Under the pieces are notes generated by a model, which was not told the origin of the DNA, ran no database searches, and was given only the letters and a program-made list of their open reading frames with translations. From Pristiophorus japonicus (Eukaryota): DNA of 64,000 nucleotides. Positions 35,590-48,835 of this stretch are shown here, one piece after another. The number at the start of each line of letters is the position of its first letter. Position 1 is the stretch's first letter. The stretch covers positions 6,820,001 through 6,884,000 of the forward strand of contig NC_091999.1 in assembly GCF_044704955.1 (NCBI RefSeq). Direction: 5' to 3'. Both the position numbers and the translations under genes were made by a program.

Positions 35590-38500
35590 GCTGTACCTGC
35601 CCTGGGAGTGTTTGATGGGACAGTGTAGAGGGAGCTTTACTCTGTATCTAACCCCCTGTACCTGCCCTGGGAGTGTTTGATGGGACAGTGTAAAGGGAGC
35701 TTTACTCTGTATCTAACCCCCTGTACCTGCCCTGGGAGTGTTTGATGGGACAGTGTAGAGGGAGCTTTACTCTGTATCTAACCCCCTGTACCTGCCCTGG
35801 GAGTGTTTGATGGGACAGTGTAGAGGGAGCTTTACTCTGTATCTAACCCCGTGCTGTACCTGCCCTGGGAGTGTGTGATGGGACAGAGTTGAGGGAGCTT
35901 TACTCTGTATCTAACCCTGTGCTGTTCCTGCCCTGGGAGTGTTTGATGGGACAGTGTAGAGGGAGCTTTACTCTAGATCTAACCCTGTGCTGTACCTGCC
36001 CTGGGAGTGTTTGATGGGACAGTGGAGAGGGAACTTTACTCTGTATCTAACCCCGTGCTGTTCCTGCTCTGGGAGTGTATGATGGGACAGTGTAGAGGGA
36101 GCTTTACTCTGTATCTAACCCCGTGCTGTACCTGCCCTGGGAGTGTTTGATGGGACAGTGTAGAGGGAGCTTTACTCTGTATCTAACCCTGTGCTGTACC
36201 TGCCCTGGGAGTGTTTGATGGGACAGTGTAGAGGGAGCTTTACTCTGTATCTAACCCTGTGCTGTACCTGCCCTGGGAGTGTTTGATGGGACAGTGTAGA
36301 GGGAACTTTACTCTGTATCTAACCCCGTGCTGTTCCTGCTCTGGGAGTGTTTGATGGGACAGTGTAGAGGGAGCTTTACTCTGTATCTAACCCCGTGCTG
36401 TACCTGCCCTGGGAGTGTTTGATGGGACAGTGTAGAGGGAACTTTACTCTGTATCTAACCCCGTGCTGTACCTGCCCTGGGAGTGTTTCATGGGACAGTG
36501 TAGAGGGAACTTTACTCTGTATCTAACCCTGTGCTGTACCTGTCCTGGGAGTGTTTGATGGGACAGTGTAGAGGGAGCATTACTCTGTATCTAACCCCAT
36601 GTACCTGCCCTGGGAGTGTTTGATGGGACAGTGTAGAGGGAGCATTACTCTGTATCTAACCCCCTGTACCTGCCCTGGGAGTGTTTGATGGGACAGTGTA
36701 GAGGGAGCTTTACTCTGTATCTAACCCCCTGTACCTGCCCTGGGAGTGTTTGATGGGACAGTGTAGAGGGAGCTTTAGTCTGTATCTTACCCTGTGCTGT
36801 ACCTGTCCTGGGAGTGTTTGATGGGACAGTGTAGAGGGAGCTTTACTCTGTATCTAACCCTGTGCTGTTCCTGCCCTGGGAGTGTTTGATGGGACAGTGT
36901 AGAGGGAGCTTTAATCTGTATCTAACCCTGTGCTGTACCTGTCCTGGGAGTGTTTGATGGGACAGTGTAGAGGGAGCATTACTCTGTATCTAACCCCCTG
37001 TACCTGCCCTGGGAGTGTTTGATGGGACAGTGTAGAGGGAGCTTTACTCTGTATCGAACCCCGTGCTGTACCTGCCCTGGGAGTGTTTGATGGGACAGTG
37101 TAGAGGGAGCTTTACTCTGTATCTAACCCCGTGCTGTACCTGCCCTGGGAGTGTTTGATGGGACAGTGTAGAGGGAACTTTACTCTGTATCTAACCCCCT
37201 GTACCTGTCCTGGGAGTGTTTGATGGGACAGTGTAGAGGGAGCTTTACTCTGTATCTAACCCGTGCTGTACCTGCCCTGGGAGTGTTTGATGGGACAGTG
37301 TAGAGGGAGCTTTACTCTGTATCTAACCCCGTGCTGTACCTGCCCTGGGGGTGTTTGATGGGACAGTGTAGAGGGAGCTTTACTCTGTATCTAACCCCGT
37401 GCTGTACCTGCCCTGGGAGTGTTTGATGGGACAGTGTAGAGGGAGCTTTACTCTGTATCTAACCCCCTGTACCTGCCCTGGGAGTGTTTGATGGGACAGT
37501 GTAGAGGGAGCTTTACTCTGTATTTAACCCCGTGCTATACATGCCCTGGGAGTGTTTGATGGGACAGTGTAGAGGGAGCGTTACTCTGTATCTAACCCCC
37601 TGTACCTGCCCTGGGAGTATTTGATGGGACAGTGTAGAGGGAGCTTTACTCTGTATCTAACCCCCTGTACCTGCCCTGGGAGTGTTTGATGGGACAGTGT
37701 AGAGGGAGCTTTACTCTGTATCTAACCCCCTGTACCTGCCCTGGGAGTGTTTGATGGGACAGAGTAGAGAGAGCTTTACTCTGTATCTAACCCCCTGTAC
37801 CTGCCCTGGGAGTGTTTGATGGGACAGAGTAGAGAGAGCTTTACTCTGTATCTAACCCCCTGTACCTGCCCTGGGAGTGTTTGATGGGACAGAGTAGAGA
37901 GAGCTTTACTCTGTATCTAACCCCCTGTACCTGCCCTGGGAGTGTTTGATGGGACAGTGTAGAGGGAGCTTTACTCTGTATCTAACCCCCTGTACCTGCC
38001 CTGGGAGTGTTTGATGGGACAGTGTACAGGGAGCTTTACTCTGTATCTAACCCCCTGTACCTGCCCTGGGAGTGTTTGATGGGGACAGTGTAGAGGGAGC
38101 TTTACTCTGTATCTAACCCTGTGCTGTACCTGCCCTGGGAGTGTTTGATGGGACAGTGTAGAGGGAGCTTTACTCTGTATCTAACCCGTGCTGTACCTGC
38201 CCTGGGAGTGTTTGATGGGACAGTGTAGAGGGAGCTTTACTCTGTATCTAACCCCGTGCTGTACCTGCCCTGGGGGTGTTTGATGGGACAGTGTAGAGGG
38301 AGCTTTACTCTGTATCTAACCCCGTGCTGTACCTGCCCTGGGAGTGTTTGATGGGACAGTGTAGAGGGAGCTTTACTCTGTATCTAACCCCCTGTACCTG
38401 CCCTGGGAGTGTTTGATGGGACAGTGTAGAGGGAGCTTTACTCTGTATTTAACCCCGTGCTGTACCTGCCCTGGGAGTGTTTGATGGGACAGTGTAGAGG

Positions 38501-39490
38501 GAGCTTTACTCTGTATCTAACCCCCTGTACCTGCCCTGGGAGTATTTGATGGGACAGTGTAGAGGGAGCTTTACTCTGTATCTAACCCCCTGTACCTGCC
38601 CTGGGAGTGTTTGATGGGACAGTGTAGAGGGAGCTTTACTCTGTATCTAACCCCCTGTACCTGCCCTGGGAGTGTTTGATGGGACAGAGTAGAGAGAGCT
38701 TTACTCTGTATCTAACCCCCTGTACCTGCCCTGGGAGTGTTTGATGGGACAGAGTAGAGAGAGCTTTACTCTGTATCTAACCCCCTGTACCTGCCCTGGG
38801 AGTGTTTGATGGGACAGAGTAGAGAGAGCTTTACTCTGTATCTTACCCCCTGTACCTGCCCTGGGAGTGTTTGATGGGACAGTGTAGAGGGAGCTTTACT
38901 CTGTATCTAACCCCCTGTACCTGCCCTGGGAGTGTTTGATGGGACAGTGTACAGGGAGCTTTACTCTGTATCTAACCCCCTGTACCTGCCCTGGGAGTGT
39001 TTGATGGGGACAGTGTAGAGGGAGCTTTACTCTGTATCTAACCCCCTGTACCTGCCCTGGGAGTGTTTGATGGGACAGTGTAGAGGGAGCTTTACTCTGT
39101 ATCTAACCCCGTGCTGTACCTGCCCTGGGAGTGTTTGATGGGACAGTGTAGAGGGAGCTTTACTCTGTATCTAACCCCCTGTACCTGCCCTGGGAGTGTT
39201 TGATGGGACAGTGTAGAGGGAGCTTTACTCTGTATCTAACCTCCTGTACCTGCCCTGGGAGTGTTTGATGGGACAGTGTAGAGGGAGCTTTACTCTGTAT
39301 CTAACCCCCTGTACCTGCCCTGGGAGTGTTTGATGGGACAGTGTAGAGGGAGCTTTACTCTGTATCTAACCCCCTGTACCTGCCCTGGGAGTGTTTGATG
39401 GGACAGGGTAGAGGGAGCTTTACTCTGTATCTAACCCCCTGTACCTGCCCTGGGAGTGTTTGATGGGGACAGGGTACTTTACTCTGTAAC
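35590..39490 (+). repeat. 65/68-bp satellite array, about 3.9 kb (about 58 copies); smaller copy at 52230-52755
   Basis: Unit ctgtacctgccctgggagtgtttgatgggacagtgtagagggagctttactctgtatctaacccc(gtg). Confidence 0.96.
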
Positions 39491-39513
39491 TAAGGGTTTA
39501 AGGTGTGACTCAC

Positions 39514-39834
39514 CGTCTTGTTTGCTGAGGGTGTGTGTCAGCGGGCTTGGTGAGGAAAGGTGTTTGACCAGACAGGTGAAGACTGAGCCCGAATCCCATT
39601 CCCGTACGGAGACCCTTAACGTGCTGCTGGAACTGAAGGTCCCATTCTCATGTTGTGTTGTGCGGCCGAGCTCCCAGGCGAAGGCTGACTGACGCCTGTT
39701 GATGAGCCAGGCGAAGGAGATGTTCCTGGGGTAATGACCGATGGCCTGACACTCCAACGTGGCAGTCCCATTAGTGTCCATCTCATCGTAGGTGGGCGCT
39801 CGGAGGTAGAGGCTTGGAACTGTCGGGTATCGGG
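39514..39834 (-). CDS. C1-set Ig constant domain exon 2
   Basis: Acceptor ctttctctctcaccAG, donor CG|gtgagt; 321 nt, phase 1-1. ARYPTVPSLYLRAPTYDEMDTNGTATLECQAIGHYPRNISFAW...NGTFSSSSTLRVSVREWDSGSVFTCLVKHLSSPSPLTHTLSKQD. Confidence 0.95.
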
Positions 39835-39844
39835 CTGGTGAGAG

Positions 39845-40995
39845 AGAAAGTCAGACTTGCATTTATATAGCACCTTTCACCACCACCGGACGTCCCAAAG
39901 CGCTTTACAGCCAATGAAGTACTTTTGGAGTGTAGTCACTGTTGTAATGTGGGAAACGCGGCAGCCAATTTGTGCACAGCAAGCTCCCCCACACAGCAAT
40001 GTGATAATGACCCAGATCATCTGTTTTTGTTACACTGACTAAGGGATAAATATTGGCCCCAGGACACCGGGGAGAACTCCCCTGCTCTTCTTCAAAATAG
40101 TGCCCAGGGATTTTTTACGTCCACCTGAGAGAGCAGACGGGGCCTCGGTTTAATATCTCATCCAAAAGAGGGCACCTCCGACAGTGCAGCACTCCCTCAG
40201 TACTGCCCCTCCGACAGTGCGGCACTCCCTCAGTACTGCCCCTCCGACAGTGCGGCGCTCCCTCAGTACTGCACCTCCGACAGTGCAGCACTCTCTCAGT
40301 ACTGCCCCTCCGACAGTGCGGCGCTCCCTCAGTACTGCCCCTCCGACAGTGCGGCGCTCCCTCAGTACTGCCCCTCCGACAGTGCGGCGCTCCCTCAGTA
40401 CTGCCCCTCCGACAGTGCGGCGCTCCCTCAGTACTGCCCCTCCGACAGTGCGGCTCTCCCTCAGTACTGCCCCTCCGACAGTGCGGCGCTCCCTCAGTAC
40501 TGCCCCTCCGACAGTGCGGCGCTCCCTCAGTACTGCCCCTCCGACAGTGTGGCACTCCCTCAGTACTGCCCCTCCGACAGTGCGGCACTCCCTCAGTACT
40601 GCCCCTCCGACAGTGCGGCGCTCTCTCAGTACTGCCCCTCCGACAGTGCGGCGCTCTCTCAGTACTGCCCCTCCGACAGTGCGGCGCTCCCTCAGTACTG
40701 CCCCTCCGACAGTGCGGCGCTCCCTCAGTACTGCCCCTCCGACAGTGCGGTGCTCCCTCAGTACTGCCCCTCCGACAGTGCGGCACTCCCTCAGTACTGC
40801 CCCTCCGACAGTGCGGCGCTCCCTCAGTACTGCCCCTCCGACAGTGCGACGCTCCCTCAGTACTGCCCCTCTGACAGTGCGGCGCTCCCTCAGTACTGCC
40901 CCTCCGACAGTGCGGCACTCCCTGGAGTGGGACTTGAACCCACAACCTTCTGACTGAGAGGCGAGAGAGCGAGACCACCCACTGTGCCACAGCTA
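39845..40995 (-). mobile_element. Deu-domain SINE with its 33-bp internal unit expanded to about 23 copies (40170-40925)
   Basis: Unit ccctcagtactgcccctccgacagtgcggcgct between the SINE head and Deu core; the same unit occurs at 1-118. Confidence 0.9.
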
Positions 40996-41120
40996 ACTCC
41001 CAAATCCCTGCCCGCACTCCTCCCGCTAATGCCCACCCCCCCCCCGTTCCCCAGCCGACCGTCTCCCAATGCCGCCCAGCCCCCTCCCCTCCCCCCCCCC
41101 CCAGCGATCCAGACACTTAC

Positions 41121-41438
41121 CGCTGGTCCTGATCTCCTTGACGATGGGCTGGGTCAATGCCTGGTGGGCGACGGCGCACTGGTACGTGTCCGCAGCCACC
41201 CAATCGCGGCCCGCGAGCTCCAGCTGGCTGACGATGGTGTAGCGGTCCCCGGGGTCCCTGGACAGAGGCCTCTCGGTGATCCCCGCCGTCAACCTCCTCC
41301 CGTCCGAGTACCAGGAGATCTGCACCATGGGTGGGAAGAATCCAGTGACGAGGCAGAGCAGGGAGGTGGAACCCTCCTCTGTCACCTCCCCTGGGGGCGG
41401 GTAGTGAAGCTGGACCAAGGGAGGAGAGGACGGAGGCA
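41121..41438 (-). CDS. C1-set Ig constant domain exon 1
   Basis: Acceptor tttctgcttacAG, donor CG|gtaagt; 318 nt, phase 1-1. VPPSSPPLVQLHYPPPGEVTEEGSTSLLCLVTGFFPPMVQISW...YTIVSQLEL...WVAADTYQCAVAHQALTQPIVKEIRTS has the CxVxGF(F/Y)P, W and YxCxVxH C1 motifs. Confidence 0.95.
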
Positions 41439-41874
41439 CTGTAAGCAGAAACAGGGGGTGGGGGGGGGGTCAATCACTGGCCGGAGACCCTCCCTCCCAC
41501 AATCGAGACATCCCCACCACCCTCTCGCAATTGTCACACTGCTTGTCCGACATCCAGTTCTGGAAGGGCAGAAGTTCTCTCCGACTGAATACGGAATACT
41601 TGCCTTTATTAGCCGAGCCGAGGGGCCCATTGGGAGACATGGGCCCAGCCCCACACTGTGCGATATGTGTGGGCATTGGGTCCGTGCAGCAGAGCTGGTC
41701 TCCAGTCCTCCTGGTTAACCCTCGCCCCTGGACCAAGTCCTCGCTCTGTCAAGCCCCGTGTGGTGGGCTGGTGTACAACGGTCACCCCACGTTAAACAAA
41801 CCCACCCACAGGCATCTTCCACCCTTCAGGATGTAGTTCTGGATCTCGAATATTGGGTCCTTCATTGAAACACC

Positions 41875-44800
41875 AATATACCTGAATGATTTAGATGAAG
41901 GAATTGAGTGTAATATCTCCAAGTTTGCAGATGACACTGAGCTGGGTGGTGGTGTGAGCTGTGAGGAGGATGCTAAGAGGCTGCAGGGTGACTTGGACAG
42001 GTTAGGTGAGTGGGCAAATGCATGGCAGATGCAGAATAATGTGGATAAATGTGAGGTTATCCGCTTTGGTGGCAAAAACAGGAAGGCAGAATATTATCTG
42101 AATGGCAACAGGTGAGGAAAAGGGGAGGTGCAACGAGACCTGGGTGTCATGGTACATCAGTCATTGAAAGTTGGCATGCAGGTACAGCAGGGGGTGAAGA
42201 AGGCAAATGGTATGTTGGCCTTCATAGCGAGAGGATTTGAGTATAGGAGCAGGGAGGTCTTACTGCAGTTGTACAGGGCCTTGGTGAGGCCACACCTGGA
42301 ATATTGTGTTCAGTTTTGGTCTCCTAATTTGAGGAAGGACATTCTTGCTATTGAGGGAGTGCAGCGAAGGTTCACCAGACTGATTCCCGGGATGGCAGGA
42401 CTGACATATGAGGAGAGACTGGATCGACTGGGCTTATATTCACTGGAGTTTTGAAGAATGAGAGGGGATCTCATAGAAATAAATAAAATTCTGACGGGAC
42501 TGGACGGGTTAGATGCAGGAAGAATGTTCCCGATGTTGGAGAAGTCCAGAACCAGATGTCACAGTCTAAGGATAAGGGGTAAGCCATTTAGGACCGAGAT
42601 GAGGGTGAGAGCGGTGAACCTGTGGAATTCCCGACCACAGAGAGTTGTTGAGGCCAGTTCTTTAGATATATTCAAGAGGGAGTTAGATATGGCCCTTACG
42701 GCTAAAGGGATCAAGGGGTATGGAGAGAAAGCAGGAAAGGGGTACTGAGGTGAATGATCAGCCATGATCTTATTGAATGGTGGTGCAGGCTCGAAGGGCC
42801 GAATGGCCTACTCCTGCACCTATTTTCTATGTTTCTATGTTTCTAAATGGTGGGATACTGAGAAGTGTGGAGGAACTGAGGGACCTGGGAGTGCAGGTCC
42901 ACAGATCCCTGAAGGTAGCAAGCCAGGTGGATAAGGTGGTTAAGAAGGCATACGGAATACTTGCCTTTATTAGCCGAGGCGTAGAATACATAAGAACATA
43001 AGAACATAAGAAATAGGAGCAGGAGTTGGCCATACGGCCCCTCGAGCCTGCTCCGTCATTTAATACGATCATGGCTGATCCGATCATGGACTCAGCTCCA
43101 CTTCCCCGCCCGCTCCTTTATTCCCTTATCGGTTAAGAAATTGTCTCTCTCTGTCTTAAATATATTCAATGTCCCGGCTTCCACAGCTCTCTGGGGCAGA
43201 GAATTCCACAGGTTTACAACCCATTGAGAGAAGAAATTCCTCCTCATCTCAGTTTTAAATGGGTGGCCCCTTATCCTAAGACCATGCCCCCTAGTTCTAG
43301 TCTCCCCCATCAGTGGAAACATCCTCTCTGCATCCACCTTGTCAAGAGCAGGGAGGTTATGCTTGAACTGTATAAAACACTGGTTAGGCCACAGTTGGAG
43401 TACTGCGTGCACAGTTCTGGTCACCACATTACAGGAAGGATGTGATTGAACTCAGGCAGAGTCAGCATGGATTTATGAAGGGGTAGTCATGTTTGACAAA
43501 TTTGCTGAAGTTCTTTGAGGATGTAACGAACAGGGTGGATAAAGGGGAACCAGTGGGTGTCGTGTATTTGGATTTCCAGCAAGCATTTGACAAGGTGTCA
43601 CATAAAAGGTTACTGCACAAGATAAAAGTTCATGGGGTTGGGGGTAATATATTAGCATGGATAGAGGATTGGCTTACTAACAGAAAACAGAGAGTCGGGA
43701 TAAATGGGTCATTCTCGGGTTGGCAACCAGTAACTAGTGGGGTACCGCAGGGATCAGTGCTGGGACCCCAACTATTTATAATCTATATTAACGACTTGGA
43801 AGAAGGGACTGAGTGTAACGTAGCCAAGTTTGCTGACGATACAAAGATGGGGGGAAAAGCAATGTGTGAGGAGGACACAAAAAATCTGTAAAAGGACACA
43901 GACAGGCTAAGTGAGTGGGCAGAAATTTGGCAGATGGAGTATAATGTTGGAAAGTGTGAGGTCATGCACTTTGGCAGAAAAAAATCAAAGAGCAAGTTAT
44001 TATTTAAATGGAGAAAGATTGCAAAGTGGCGCAGTACAGCGGGACCTGGGGGTTACTTGTGCATGAAACACAAAAGGTTAGTATGCAGGTACAGCAAGTG
44101 ATCAGGAAGGCCAATGGTATCTTGGCCTTTATTGCAAAGGGGATGGAGTATAAAAGCAGAGAAGTCTTGCTCCAGTTATACAGGGTATTGGTGAGGCCAC
44201 ACCTGGAGTACTGCGTGCAGTTTTGGTTTCCGTATTTACGAAAGGATACATTTGCTTTGGAGGCAGTTCAGAGAAGGTTCACTCGGTTGATTCCGGAGAT
44301 GAGGGGGTTGACTTATGAGGAAAGGTTGAGGAGGTTGGGCCTCTACTCATTGGAATTCAGAAGAATGAGAGGTGATCTTATCGAAACGTAGAAGATTATG
44401 AGGGTGCACATCCAGGTACTTTTTAAATGTGGTGAGGGTTTCTGCCTCTAGCCCCCTTTCAGGCCGTGAGTTCCGCCCCAGACCCCCACCACCCTCTGGG
44501 TGAAGACATTTCCTCTCAAATCCCCTCTAAACCTCCCCCAATTACTTTCAATCTCTGCCCCCTGGTTGTTGACCCCTCTGCCCAGGGAAACAGGTCCGTC
44601 CTATCCACTCTATACAGGCCCCTCATCATTTTATACACCTCAATCAGCTCTCCCCTCAGCCTCCTCTGTTCCAAGGAAAACAACCCCAGCCTATCCAATC
44701 TTTCCCCATCGCTAAAACTCTCCAGTCCCGGCAACATCCTGGTAAATCTCCTCTGTACCCTCTCCAGTGCAACATCCTGGTAAATCTCCTCTGTACCCTC

Positions 44801-46620
44801 TCCAGTGCATAAGAACATAAGGACATAAGAAATAGGAGCAGGAGTCGGCCATTCGGCCCCTCGAGCCTGCTCCGCCATTCAACAAGATCATGGCTGATCC
44901 GATCATGGACTCAGCTCCACTTCCCCGCCCGCTCCCCTTATTCCCTTACCGTTTAAGAAACTGTCTATCTCTGTCTTAAATATATTCAATGTCCCGGCTT
45001 CCACAGACAGCTCTCTAAGGCAGCGAATTCCATACATTTACAACCCTCTGAGAGAAGAAATTCCTCCTCATCTCAGTTTTAAATGGGCGGGTCCCTTATT
45101 CTAAGACCATGCCCCCTAGTTCTAGTCTTCCCCATCAGTGGAAACATCCTCTCTGCATCCACCTTGTCAAGCCCCCTCGTAATCTTATACGTTTCGATAA
45201 GATCACCTCTCATTCTTCTGAATTCCAATGAATAGAGGCCCAACCTCCTCAACCTTTCCTCATAAGTCAACCCCTTCATCTCCGGAATCAACCGAGTGAA
45301 CCTTCACTGAACTGCCTCCAATGCAAGTCTATCCCTCCTTAAATACGGAGGCCAAAACTGCACGCAGTACTCCAGGTGTGGCCTCACCAATACCCTGTCC
45401 AGTTGTAGCAGGACTTCCCTGCTTTTATACTCTATCCCCCTTTGCAATAAAGGCCAACGTTTGGGGGGGGGTGAGGGTCCCACAGTTTGTGGGATGAGGG
45501 GTCCCACTGTTTGGGGGGGTGAGGAGACCACAGTTTGGGCGGGTGAGGGTTCGGACACCCTTATTCTAAGACCATGCCCTGTAGTTCTAGTCTTCCCTCT
45601 CAGTGGAAACATCCTCTCTGCATCCACCTTGTCAAGAGCAGGGAGGTTATGCTTGAACTGTATAAAACACTGGTTAGGCCACAGGTGGAGTACTGCGTGC
45701 ACAGTTCTGGTCACCACATTACAGGAAGAATGTGATTGAACTCAGGCAGAGTCAGCCTGGATTTATGAAGGGGAAGTCATGTTTGACAAATTTGCTGGAA
45801 TTCTTTGAGGATGTATCGAACAGGGTGGATAAAGGGGAACCAGTGGATGTGGTGTATTTGGACTTCCAGCAAGCATTTGACACACAAAAGGTTATTGCAC
45901 AAGATAAAAGTTCACGGGGTTGGGGATAATATATTAGCATGGATAGAGGATTGGTTAACTAACAGAAAACAGAGAGTCGGGATGAATGGTTAATTCTCGG
46001 GTTGGCAACCAGTAACTAGTGGGGTGCCGCAGGGATCAGTGCTGGGACCCCAACTATTTACAATCCACCTTGTCAAGTTCCCTTATAATCTTATACGTTT
46101 CGATAAGATCACCTCCCATTCTTCTGAATTCCAATGAGTAGAGGCCCAACCTCCTCAACCTTTCCTCATAAGTCAACCCCCTCATCCCCGGAATCAACTG
46201 AGTGAACCTTCTCTGAACTGCCTCCAAAGCAAGTATATCCTTTCGTAAATATGGAAACTAAAACTGCACGCAGGATATACAGCACAGAAACAGGTCATTG
46301 GGCCCAACCAGTCCATGCCGGCGTTTATGCTCCACTCGAGTCTCCTCCCGTCTTCCCCCATCTAAATCTATCGGCATAACCCTCTATCCCCTTCTCCCCC
46401 ATATACTTGTCCAGCCTCCCCTTAAATGCATCGATACTATTCGCCTCAACCCCTCCCTGTGGCAGCGAGTTCCACATTCTCACCCCTCTCGGGGTAAAGA
46501 AGTTTCTCCTGAATTCCCCATTAGATTTCTGGGTGACTATCTTATATTAATGGCCTCTAGTCATACTCTACCCCACAAGTGGAAACATTCTCTCTCTATC
46601 CACACTTTCACAATGTAAGG
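41875..46620. mobile_element. Dense mosaic of CR1 fragments on both strands
   Basis: Multiple RT and C-terminal ORF2 peptides in the ORF track. Confidence 0.88.
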
Positions 46621-47744
46621 TTACACATTTTCCAGATGGCACAGAAAGAGGGCACAAACTAAAAACTGATTAAAGTGAGTTAATGCAAGCTTTTTCAACA
46701 CCCCCAGCATCGAGGCACTGACCACACACTCGACCAGCTCCGCTGGGCGGGGCCACATTGTCCGCATGGCCCCCAGACACGAGACTCCCCAAAGCGAGCG
46801 CTCTACTCGGAACTCCTTCACGGCAAACGAGCCAAAGGTGGGCAGAGGAAACGTTGCAAGGGACCACCCTCAAAGCCTCCCTGATAAAGTGCAACATCCC
46901 CCACCGACACCTGGGAGTCCCTGGGCCCAAAGACCAGTCCCGCCCCTAAGTGGAGGAAGTGCATCCGGGAGGGCGCTGAGCACCTCGAGTCTCGTCGCCG
47001 AGAGCGTGCAGAAAGCAAGCGCAGGCAGCGGAAGGAGCGTCCGGCAAACCAGTCCCACCCTCCCCTTCCCTCAACCACTGTCTGTCCCACCTGTGACAGG
47101 GACTGTGGCTCCCGTATTGGACTGTTCAGCCACCTAAGGGCTCATGTTTAGAGTGGAAGCAAGTCTTCCTCGATTCCGAGGGACTGCCCATGATGATGAA
47201 GGATGAAAACAATGGGGTTGTTACATTTTAATAAGCTAACTGAAGAGGCCCTGAACTGATCGGCCAGAGGGGGAATCAAATTTCTCTGGAGACCCCAAGT
47301 CTGCAAGGAACCAGAACAACAAAGGGACCCCACCAGGTGCACAGTTTTGGAGAACGAGGTGATTCAGATGAGGACTTAGCTTTGGCCTTGTAAACTCAAC
47401 TTGCAAATTGGGGACATCCAGGTCAGTCAGTCAAACAAGGTCACCACAAACATCATCACAGGCAGGCCCTCGGAATCGAGGTTAAGCCTAAATGTTGTGC
47501 CACGTGTTGTCCTGTTTCCCATAATTCCCAAGGTCTCCGAATCGAGGGAGAGTGAAAACACAAACACCCGACAATAATTTTAATGACCTCTATTAGGTCA
47601 CCCCTCAGCCTTCTTTTTTCAGAGAAAAGAGACCCAGCCTGTTCATCCTTTCCTGATTATGTATACCCTCACATTTCTGGTATCGTCCTTGTAAATCTTC
47701 TCTTCACCCTCTTCAGTGCCTCCATATCCTTTTTATAATAAGGC

Positions 47745-48612
47745 GACCAGAACTGTGCACAGTGCTCCAAGTGTGGTCTAACCCAGGTATATGGAGACCA
47801 GAACTGTGCACGGTGCTCCAAGTGTGGTCTAACCCAGGTATATGGAGACCAGAACTGTGCACAGTGCTCCAAGTGTGGTCTAACCCAGGTATATGGAGAC
47901 CAGAACTGTGCACGGTGCTCCAAGTGTGGTCTAACCCAGGTATATGGAGACCAGAACTGTGCACGGTGCTCCAAGTGTGGTCTAATCCAGGTATATGGAG
48001 ACCAGAACTGTGCACGGTGCTCCAAGTGTGGTCTAACCAAGGTATATGGAGACCAGAACTAAGCACAGTACTCCAAGTGTGGTCTAACCAGGAGACCAGA
48101 ACTGTGCACGGTGCTCCAAGTGTGGTCTAACCCAAGTATATGGAGACCAGAACTGTGTACCCTCTCCAGTGTAACATCCTGGTCAATCTCCTCTGTACCC
48201 TCTCCAGTGCGAGCGACATCCTGGTAAATCTCCTCCGTACCCTCTCCAGTGCAACATCCTGGTAAATCTCCTCTGTACCCTCTCCAGTGCAACATCCTGG
48301 TAAATCTCCTCTGTACCCTCTCCGGTGCAACATCCTGGTCAATCTCCTCTGTACCCTCTCCAGTGCAACATCCTGGTAAATCTCCTCTGTACCCTCTCCA
48401 GTGCGACATCCTGGTAAATCTCCTCTGTACCCTCTCCAGTGCAACATCCTGGTAAATCTCCTCTGTACCCTCTCTAGTGCGACATCCTGGTAAATCTCCT
48501 CTGTACCCTCTCCAGTGCAACATCCTGGTCAATCTCCTCTGTACCCTCTCCAGTGCAACATCCTGGTAAATCTCCTCTGTATCCTCTCCAGTGCAACATC
48601 CTGGTCAATCTC
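47745..48612 (-). repeat. 51-bp CR1-derived array (47745-48155) fused to a 38-bp CR1-derived array (48155-48612)
   Basis: 38-bp unit gtaccctctccagtgcaacatcctggtaaatctcctct, corresponding to the LERVQRRFTRM region. Confidence 0.92.
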
Positions 48613-48835
48613 CCGTTGCTGCTCCGTCCTGTTGCCAGGCTGCTGACCCTCTCCCCCTCCCCCAGTCCCCCTTACCTGTCAGTCCAGTTCCCCCTGCTCC
48701 CCCAGCGTCCGCTGACCCTCCGTCCACGCTGACTGACCATCCGTCACTCGGTCAGTTTGGACCCAGAACTTGACCATTGGTCAGCTTCGACCCGTCCATG
48801 CACTGTAGGCGGTCAGCTTGAGATGCACGACAGCC

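Noticed and set aside
35590-39490. Regular repeats resembling a CRISPR array
   Set aside because: Head-to-tail units with no unique spacers, in vertebrate DNA with no cas genes.
48676-48802. Additional coding exon (hinge or J segment) between V and C1
   Set aside because: Stops in all three frames from the best acceptor, and the GGAGGTGLT end does not fit FGxGTxLxV.
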